64,000 bases of DNA from Catajapyx aquilonaris (Eukaryota). The notes beneath the pieces were generated by a model. The model did not search any database and was not told the origin of the DNA. It was given only the letters and a program-made list of their open reading frames with translations. Positions 53,732 to 64,000 of this stretch are shown here, piece by piece (position 1 is the stretch's first letter; each line of letters opens with the position of its first letter). The stretch lies in NCBI GenBank assembly GCA_000934665.2, contig JYFJ02000072.1, positions 1 through 64,000 of the forward strand, given 5' to 3'. Made by a program: the position numbers and the translations under genes.

Positions 53732-56700
53732 TATAGCTAATTTCATCAAACGTATTCATTTTTCTGTTCTCACTAGTAGCCTAATTTTCTCTCACATTAC
53801 TATTGAATGAATTTGGACTTCTCCCTATAGGTCGACAGAAAAATGATCTGGGTGACTTATTGGCTCATTTTATTGTCGATCATCGCCTGTCTTTTGAGAG
53901 GAGCGAAAGTGCACCTGATTATGACATCCTATTGATTTTGTGGGAATAATGAATTTTCCCGATTTTGACACGCTCTCTCCTTTTAGGGAAGAGGGCGTTC
54001 AAATGACTTAAGAGCTGTAATCGATTAACGAGATAAGTAATGTTACAACTTATGACGTTGTGAAACTTTGGAGAGTTAACGGATGAGGCGAACGGAACAG
54101 CTAGATCCGGTCAAGCCTTCGTGTTCAATCTTCCAGACGTTCCTCTTTGTTTGAACAGGATATTTTTCTCTCTCCTTCCCTTTTTTTCGTCCTCCTTGGA
54201 GCCTCTCCAGCCGCGGTATAATTTTCCGCCCCTACTTTTCAATTTTCCAGAAGCCAATAGGGTTTTTTCTTCATAGATCCCCTCGGCTAGTCGCCCATAC
54301 TGCCACAACTACCGGATTCGGCCTAGTATCCGGTGCATCTGGGGAGATGTTCAAATAATTCTAGTGGCCAAACACAAATAGGGGAAACGAGGTACTATCG
54401 GTTGCCGGTGATCAGAAATCGATAGCCAACCAGATTCGAGTACTGTAGGCTCCAATTTACGAGGAACAGTAGCAAAACTGCATACGGTTCACAGTACCAC
54501 ATGCACACTCTACTATTGATCATATATATTTTGACAATTTTGTTACACGATACGATTATTACGCGGTGTAGGTTTTCAATTTGTGGACAAATCGTATGAT
54601 TAGAGCGGTTTATCCGGTGGCACCCATTTAAATTCCGGACTGACAGGGTATTAGCTAGGTTTTTTTTTCTGCCACCCTTTTGAATGTGGGCTACAGCTCC
54701 CATTCGCGTTCATAAAAGAAAGGTCGCTTCGGGGTCAGTGGTAGACATGAATGTGACACGACTACCAAACTCTCCACCCTCTTACCCTCTTTAACAAGCG
54801 CTTCGGACCCACCCCACCCTCCTCTATTCCTCCCCGTTCCCTCCCTATCCACCCTACTCTAGTCCCCGCCACTCCCCTATCTATATCATAGTATTTGCGC
54901 CTGCGTGCCAGGGGAATCCAAAAGCTAGCAAAAGAGATGCAGGCAACAGTCGAATCGCGTTGCCCCCAGCTGGCTGTTCGCATTTCCTGCCAACGGTCTT
55001 GTCCGAATCGGATTCGTCATTTTTGTACTTGGGACTTGTGTCTTTTATATCGTGTGGAATACTGGGACTTGAGATTTGTTGACTTGTCGCCTTGTAAACC
55101 GCCTTTCGTTTGTACGTTGATAAGGTGTGTCTGAAGTGTGCGTGTTACTTTCAGTGCCATTCATGAGACTGAAGACAGGTGTGCTTTTAGTGAAGGTGTT
55201 TGGTTATTAAGGTATCATAGCTACAGCTTTTGGGGGGAAACAAAATTGCGTAGTGGCACAGGTAATTGAACCTTTAAATATCGGACCTGTGCTAGGAAAA
55301 ACAAAGCAAGTGTGAATTAATGTAGTGGAGAAGGTAAGAGTAAATAATAGCTACCAATTAATTAAAAGTAGTTAAATAATTACATTAGATATTCGCTGCA
55401 CATTGTTTGTGCAGGCACTCCAAACTAAACATTCATTTTCCAGTCTGTAATCTGTTATGATTACTGCATGCAACGATTTTGTTTTAACCAGCTTGATTTA
55501 ATATCAGGTACATGCAAATACGTACGTGCAACTATCAATTATTTACCCTATGGTTTGTCTGGAAACACGCGCAGCTGTATAATCAATTCCCTAAAGGCGA
55601 AAATCAGCGCTGATGTATAGATCTCCTGCCAGCCCATTACAGACCGGTTCATTACCCATGCTGCAACACCGAGTGTGGGCACGAAATTGATGCCTTGCAA
55701 TAGACATTGTCCACTACACATTATCTGATGTAAGCGACCTGGTAATTGGCAAAATGTTTTGGCACAGTTCAGATTAAACGTCGCGATTTCAAGCCTTAAA
55801 GAAATATCGCGAGGCTTTAAAATGGCGAATTATCATCCAGTTCTCTCTGCTCATGAGTTATTCATCCAAGAGCTCTCCTCCTTACGATGTTTTTGTCTTC
55901 TGTTCTTCCGAGTTCTATCCCATTTATTCTGCGGCAGTTATTATGGCTGGCACCCCAACCGCAAGTTTATGGTGTTGGTCTCCTTCAGATGGGGTATATA
56001 ATTATTTGTTCTTGCCAGTTGGCTTGGCGGAGGTGCGAGGTAATAATATTACCTGCGAGCGAATTCGCCCAGAAAGTCAGACTCATTAGCATAATAATGC
56101 AAAGTTAAAAAGTATAAATTAGGCCCGTTTCTCTGGAGCTACGGTTATTCATAAGTGAAAAGTGGATATTTTCCACTCAATTTGACTACGGTATACAAAG
56201 CTACACCTAATTTGTTTGAGTATGCAAGTGGAATGGAATGTGAAAAGAATCAATAGGGTAATTAGTAAATATTCCCTTTGACGGATGGCCCCTTTCATTT
56301 GTATTTCATTGCATGTGAGGTGATTTTCACTCAAAAAAGAGGGTTAACACTTCCGAAAGTGGGACGTTTCATTACTCTGATGATCCTTCTTGGCAATATG
56401 GAAATGGTTCTTCCTCTTTGTGCTTCTAAGCACGTTTCCTCTCCACCATCCCCAGAGGAAAAGTTTAGAGAACTTCAAAAAAATCTAGCGAAATTCGTAG
56501 TTCTAAATTGAATAACAAGGCTTTCCATCATCAACTTTGGCCTGAGCACTTGACATGAAAGTTTCTAGTCGCCTCCTCAATGTCTTCCTTATGTCTCAGT
56601 GGAAAGTTTTGGTAATATTATTTCCGATGTTCTGTGTTCTAGCACGCGATTCTGGCCCCTCTCATCCCCTAACTTTTCATGTCATGCGAAGTAGAAAGTT

Positions 56701-59051
56701 CAGAGTGTTCATGATGAAGAAAAGTAGCTCCAGTCGCATAATTGGGAGGAAAATGGTTTATTATGCCAAGTTCCTTGCAATGGAGGCGTTTGCAGCAATA
56801 ATCATCCGTCTACATTTAGGCCCTGCTTTTCAAGACCCTCCGTTTGAATAGCTGGGCCGACTTATAGTGGGTCGTTTGGCCAATGAGTTAGTATCCTGAA
56901 GGAGGGATCAATTCATCTTCCCGTCAAAAATCATTGGCGACATTTAGTCGATAAGTAGACCTCCTGCCCCTTGAGAATATTTCGATGGCTTCATCGTGAG
57001 GGCGTGCTATATGCTGTTTCCGGAAGTTGGTGGAATGTATAGGATTCCACGGCAACTCACGTAGCTCGGCCCACTACCACTCTGGCTTGATTGGAATTGT
57101 TTGTGGTATAGATGTAGACTATAATTATTGTAGTGTGCAAACATTGTGGAGGATTTTAGCCGGAAGTCGTAATAACGGAGGCGGTTGTCCGAAGTTGAGA
57201 AACGCAAGGTTTGTGACACGTAATGGTTAAATTCCATGCACCTTAGCATTCATAAGGAACTATGCATTCTGGTTATTGAACTATTTGAATGCATTTTGAC
57301 GAATTTGTTTTTGTTCTCATGTAAAGCCTTGTTAGTCTAATGAGCAAAAAAAAATCAAGATCTATCAAGTTAACGGAATGATAACGTTTCCTCTGATGTT
57401 TACACGGCATTCTACCTGAGAGAAGGATCCAATTTGGGCCTTTATACCCTTTGAATAACAGATCCCTGTGCAATAAAACGCGTGCATCTCACCACAACTT
57501 TCACAGTGGTGTAAGTGATCACATGGATGAAAAAACATCAAAGAAGCCTGCGGTTATATACACGGCAATATTTTCGTTTACACCTCAATTAAAGACCAAA
57601 ATGAAAGTCAGAAATTTTGAATGGAATTTTCTATCATTACAACTCGCGTCAATTTGTGGATTTAGCCCGAAGTTTAAATTGCTGCCGGGCGCGCATTTAT
57701 GTACGTTTTAATTTCAAGGGGTGGGAAAAATGGTCGCATAGTTTGGCCCGTGTAATGCCCACAACTCATGCACGCACTTCACATACGGAATGCATTTGTG
57801 TGCAAGCGTCTGTAACTGCAACATAAATGCGTGTACCTCATTAACAACCCTTGTGTAAACTGTGAAACATGGCCTCTGATGCATTACCACTGCAGTGGAT
57901 TTTTTCCAGTCCAAACTTTCTGGTCACGGATGATTGGATTATCTGCCATTTTCATTCCGAATATTGGGTCTCGGAACTCCCGCTGCCATTTTTGCCACTT
58001 GGCTTACCGTTTTCTTGGATCAAGAAATGGTGCGGGATGAAGGCACCAATAATGTCTTTTCTTCCAAAGCTCGGCGAAACGTGAATGTGCCCCAAAAGAG
58101 TTGAGGATGGGGCCGAAAGGGATGGAAGCGAGAGAGGGCCCAGACATAGAGAGGAGAAATCTCATCTTAGCGAAAAAATCTCTGTAAAAATAAAATAAAA
58201 TGGAAAGGCAGGCAAAAATTTCCATAACTCTATTTTGAAAGATATCTCGAAGGAAAGTCGGATGAAATGGCACTTCTGGAATTTTAAAAGCTGTGTTGCT
58301 GACTTGAACGTGTGGGGACATTTTTCTCAGTATACATTGCACAGCCAATTCACTCCTATATTTGCTTTGCTTCAATGAGAATCTAAGCTGGAATCAAAAC
58401 ACTTAGTAACATAGTTCGTGATGCCCTTATAACACGCTCCAACGATCGACGAAACATAAAGCTTGTCAACGATCGCATTGATTACCGACACGGAACTTTG
58501 GTTACATGCACCTGAACTTTGGACTGAGGCACCTGTGACTTTTCCTATAAGGAGACAGAGTCAGAGGAACGTGTCGCAAATTTGCATGATTCGCTCCGGC
58601 TTAGGAATTCGCGTGCAAGTAGGCCACGAGGGTATAAAAAATGTAACGTGGGGGTCTGAACCAGAACTGGAATCATTTCAGCCCATGAATTATTATGCAT
58701 GTCAAAGGGGGCGAAATAAAAAAGCAAGATTTTCGGGACGACCGTCTATTGATCTGATGATAGGACTTTCCCATATCCCTTCTTTTATCTTGGTACGATG
58801 TTTAATACCAGGGAGCTTGAAAATTTGTAATAGGATTTTAAAATTTTATTCCTGTCTTTTTTTAAACGTGATCATGCAGGCTTTAATATTATAAAGGGAC
58901 ATTTACATTGCGGCAGATCCGATCAGACCCTGTTCCTACACTGGAATATTGTTTAACTTTTTGAAAATGGAAACAAGGGAACGGTTTGCTGGTATATGCT
59001 CCCCTGCATCAGGGAAGCATATAAAATAATCCGTTACTGCGGTCATGTCTA

Positions 59052-59464
59052 CAGGGTGTATCTGAACTCAGTGCCCCGACGTATATGACTGCCTTCCTAG
59101 CCACCAGAGGATCGATTTAAGTATAGGAGTCATTATGTCTGGCCACCGCATTACTGAGATAATTGGTAGTACAAAATATCCTGTCGGTTAGACCACCCAT
59201 CGAACCCTCCCTCAGTCAGAAGGATCTGGAAGGTCTGGGGGCGGGACTTAGTTGGTTTGTTGCCCACAGGTGGTAAGGCCTCTTTGGCTAGTTGCACCAG
59301 AAAATTCTATTTAAATGTCAGAAGGAGCGATTAGGCAAAAATCGCTAAAGAGTGCATCTCAGTAATGAGGCTGCCCAGACATATGACTCCTATACTTAAA
59401 TCGATCCTCTGGTGGCTAGGAAGGCAGTCATATACGTCGGGGCACTGAGTTCAGATACACCCTG
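59052..59464. mobile_element. MITE, Tc1/mariner type (413 bp, about 90-bp TIRs)
   Basis: TA-CAGGGTGTATCTGAACTCAGTGCCCCGACG... / ...CGTCGGGGCACTGAGTTCAGATACACCCTG-TA. Arms are identical for about 80 bp, then a 1-nt indel. Confidence 0.92.
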
Positions 59465-62400
59465 TATAGGGTGCAATATGAACGACCCTTAATATACAGT
59501 AGAGTGGCTTTATTAAGTAATCTGTAAATGTAAAGACGTACTGTACAGGACAGCCGATGTTTGTTTTCAACGCTATTAGTGATAACCTTTCTTAATTAAC
59601 TTGATCCCTTGAAGTTCTGGAAAAATTTAACGCTCCATGCATTAATTAGGTACAGTACAGTCACTGGGATTAGCTTAAGTAAGTCTTAGCTGAGACTTTT
59701 CTAGTCAGATCATTCATTATTGTTAAGAGCTGAAAATTGCATTAGGGCATGGGGAGGTGGAACAGCATTTCAATTATTGCACCCTACAGAATACAGATTT
59801 CACCATGCGAGAATGCATTTTGCATCAAAGATAAAGTGCACGTATATAAGTAGTTTACCGGGTTTAGTTATTTGACCGTATCAAATATGGCGCATTATAA
59901 GCTTCGCGATGAGAAAGGAATTCCCAAGGCGACAAGTGCGCCTGTTCTTGCATATCGAGCAAAGCCAGGCACTCATGCATCATTCATGCCTCGGTGTTTG
60001 GTATAGCACTTCTCCTGCTGGCCGACTGCGGCCTGGGAAACGAACCATCAGGTGGGTGGGATCTCCCCTGAGGACTCACCTGACCTGACCCGATCCAAAC
60101 TGCATTTCGGGTTTCATGACAGGGCCCTTTAGAACCCAACCTTTACATGAAGACAGGCGTTTACTATTTTACGATCCTCTATATCGTGGGTTTGCGGCCG
60201 GTCATTGGCCTCCTTTGGAAGCGGTGCTGTCATGCTCAGGCCTGTATGGGACATTATACGAGCTGATTCAATGAATTTAGCAAAAAAGAGATGCAATTAC
60301 TGCCACCAGCTGTACTGGGAAGTGTACTGAGTTATGGTGAATTTTCACAGAGTTCCGTTGCATCGGAATGGTCAGGTACGAATTTTGCGATTTAACAATG
60401 GCAGCATATGCAGCCCATAAGGTTTCCTCTCGCCTTATTGCCAACCCTCTGAGGTGTCGTTTATATCACGTCATATTTAATGTCATAACTGCATGTTTCA
60501 TAAGGCCCTATACCTGCCTGAGGGATTCACCGAATATCCTTGCATATACCCAGACGTGTGATATTCGAGCCCTTGCTACAATTTGTTTTCCTGGCACGTT
60601 ATAAAATTGCAATTTAGAAGGGGCGAGTGTGTCTTCCGTTATTGGCTGTGGTGAAAGCAGCATGGAAATCCTTTGATCAAATCCTCCACTTTTTTCGTAG
60701 TAAAGTAGGGGGTTGGAAATCGAGTTTTTTTATGTGGATCCTGGTCCTATGTGTGGTACGGGTATGCCATTACTTTCGAGCGTGCTGTGTTTGGCATACA
60801 TTGTCCCAGCTGCAGGCAACGGACCCAATCTCAACTTCCTACACTTACATCGTTTTTTCCCTGTCTCTTGGAAGGTCGTAGATCCTCCTTAGTGCCAGGA
60901 AAATAGCTTCATTTCCTTGGTGATTGGGGAGGGCCGGGGATGGGTTTGATGACGACTCGACGGAACAAAAGAGCAATTCAGGCCAATTCGAAGGAGATGT
61001 CGACGGGAAAATTGCATTGTAAGAGCCTTAGCATAAGTTTTTCCGTAGGCGACAGAAGCATTCATCATTCACAATTGCGCAGTCATAATTGCACAAGTGC
61101 TACTTTAACACACAGCCGTTAGACTCTCTAACAATGCTGTCGCTGTGTTTGTGTCACACAGACCGCATATCCTATGATACCTTGTTGCCTCGGAACAGCG
61201 TGAATGTTGACAGCAACCAAATTGGCCAATCGCCTTTCTACTTGATATACTGCCGGAAATGGGTGTTTGGAAGAAAGGGAAGAAGGAGGAACAGAATTGG
61301 CACCTTTGGAAAAGGAATCCATTTGTTCTAGGCTGTGGGGAAGGGCTGAGCTTGCACGCCATTGCACAGTAGGATTGATGGCGATGAAGTCTGGGGATGG
61401 ACGCGCGTCCTCAACTTTTTTTTTTTCCGCGGGGTTCCTCCTAACCGATCCGCTTGGAGACGCCCCATCAGGCGACCGTTTCTACTCTGATCCTATTTGG
61501 GGTTTCCGTCCTCGGAGAAATGACACAAAGGCCACTGGAATTCTGGGAGCATGCTGTTACTGTATCTCTAGATTTGAAAAATAAGCTCCATTACCGTGCG
61601 GTATTGTGCCCAAGGAAGGAATAAGTCTAATCCTGATGTACTATGAGGGAAATAGTAGACAAGGGACACCATTGTGAGAAATATGGTATGGAGCATATCC
61701 CCGTCCCTTGAAATCACAACAATAATTTCCACCAGGAGGGCAGGAGCCATCGGTGCAGTGTTGGTGTGAATAGTTTTTTTTTCCAACAATGATGAAGAGT
61801 TTAATGCCATCGCTCATGTGGTAGTGAATTGGTGATTAATCTCAGCCTGCGACATTATGGATGCGTGCTACAGTTTTGCGTTGCATTGTTCGCATGTTTA
61901 TTGCAGCCTTTAGGGCAGTGATGGTTGAGGTGATGTTGTCGTTTCTCTTTTGTTTTCACGTCCGACGGGTGATCCGCTTGGCATATGCCATTTCTGTACC
62001 AGAATATTATGAGGTCCCAGCTGCAAAACTCACCCGGTGAGAAATTGTGTACGTGCAGATGTTCAGTACTGGCCATATATGGAGGCAACGACTAGCGACA
62101 TTTTTCCGAAGCGGCAGAAGAAGGAATCGACGATAAGCATGCTACAAGCCGAGCGAGCAAGATTTCTTCTTCTGCCGCTTCGGAAAAATGTCGCTAGTCG
62201 TAGCCTCCATCCAGTAATAAACCGGCTTCTAACCTACGTTATCAAACGGGTAGATGACATTCCATAGAAATTCATATTGCTATTGAAAAGAATGAAGTTC
62301 GAGATTGGTTGTGTGAAATTGGTGACTAATTTGCCTCAATTTCACATGCGGCAGATTTTAACTGAACTTGTGTGTTTGGCGGTCTAGCTCTAGCAAGCTT

Positions 62401-64000
62401 AGACTTCTAAATAATTGGAGCTTGTTTTCCCCTAAGTTATATGGGTCCACAGAGAGTAAATAACTTTTTTTTAAAGAGTTTCTCCGCAATTAATTAACCC
62501 AAATGTTCTGCTGTTATTTACTCCCATTACTTTTTGCCTCCCTTTTCCTGTTTCGGGCCGGGAACCTTTTTACAAAAGGTAGGTTAGAAGTGGGAAGGAA
62601 ACGGCTGAGGGACCCACCCCTGCGTTCTCTGGAGGATCCGATTGCAGACAACTCCAAAAAAAGGAATGGGCTACTATGGTCATATAGAACTCTGCTCCTT
62701 TCCGGCCCTTGTCAGCTGCTGTACCGTGTACGAGTATATAGGCACCTGCACTGTAGTATAAACTAGTTGTCCTCTCTGCCAGATTTAAAGCGGCGTTCTA
62801 CTCGGTGCAGTGACACATATCCAACATGACAGCCAATGCAGCTCATCCCGGATATGGTGATAAACAAGCCCGAGTTACGTAAACAATATTTTCACAAAAA
62901 CAGGGCAAAATGTCAAGGTTCTGCGGTTCACCATGTAATACGGCTATAACACACCCAGCTATAGACAATATCTTCTTGACGATCAATACACCGGGGTCTC
63001 ACCGAAGTTGCAGCACAGCAGCACACCTACCGAATTCGCACGACCGCCCAACATATCACATCTAGCTGCAACATTGACTCCTTATGGAAGGATACCAATT
63101 AGGCCTCGTTATCAGTTAGTCATTACTGCATATCCGATTCTCTAGCGCAAAATTAGATTTACCGCGCACCAAACTTAGCCTTCGTCCCGGTGAATGATCG
63201 CTTAAAGTTAATTTCCGGTTGGACGACTCGGAACTTCAGGTCGGTAATCAAATTTCCCGGCACATGTAGTCATCTGCGGGGGTTGATTGGCCGGGCGGGA
63301 GACCCGTTCCCATCATGTAGCTGGGTGTGAGTAGGCCATTCCGCCGGTTGGATCAGGTGGACTTGCTCAGCACCAGTATAACCAAGAGCTGGTATAACCC
63401 TTACAAAGTTGGACTACTTGAAGGAAATTGCCTCATGGTTTCCTCCACAAGAAACACGCGCCACGGCTTCTATGAATGCACTTCTGCTTGGAGCTCCAAG
63501 ATAAGCCCAAGCCCCATACATAACTCCATTAATAAGGTTTTCCCTGGCTGAAAGAGGACGCTGAGGAATGGAGTGATGGCAGGGTATCTCGACGCTATAC
63601 TTTCCGTCTTTGTAATTGGGAGTTGCTCGAGCGAGGAGACTCTCTTGTCAGGCCACTCCCAGGAAATGAGGGCTTTCTTCTGCAATAAAAGTTATTATCC
63701 AGGTATAGTAGAGTATAGTTCCAGCCGGCGAAACTGGAGGAGATAAGGCAGTTTTTGCCTGGAAGATAAGCGCCATTGTCTGCATGACTTGCGAACACCT
63801 GATAGTGATCATTCCTTGTTGTGTGTGGTTGTTGAGGGTGTGGTGTAGGTGTTGTTTAATGGAGTGAGAGAAACAGGCATATTGCGTTACAGCATTAATG
63901 TTTTAGCGAAAATGTCAGTGCTTTGGCCTTGCTTTTAGCCTCCATGTCATTTTTTTTGCTTCAAAGTTCAAACAGCAATCGACCCGGCTCTGTCAAAACT

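Overview
Eukaryotic genomic DNA, probably arthropod/insect (inferred from GT-AG introns, protein style and the SINE/MITE content). Bases 1-26 kb hold a dense, CpG-depleted housekeeping cluster in alternating orientation: COPS6/CSN6 (-, 5' part only), SERP1/RAMP4 (+, 3 exons, 64 aa), mannose-6-phosphate isomerase MPI (-, 395 aa), tripeptidyl-peptidase II TPP2 (+, 13 exons, about 1305 aa) and the RING/CXC E3 ligase MSL2 (-, about 429-439 aa). Bases 26-64 kb are CpG-rich and almost non-coding, with one isolated low-complexity exon at about 44 kb from an unidentified gene. Mobile elements: two copies of one tRNA-derived SINE family, one V-domain SINE, and several MITEs (Tc1/mariner-pogo type, PIF/Harbinger type, hAT-like), some forming long or nested hairpins. 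I found no CRISPR array, rRNA or intact tRNA gene, and cannot support a wholly new system. The best leads are the uORF-rich, intron-containing MSL2 leader, a possible N-terminally extended TPP2, the nested-hairpin MITE, the V-SINE and the orphan exon. All exon boundaries and alignments were made by hand.
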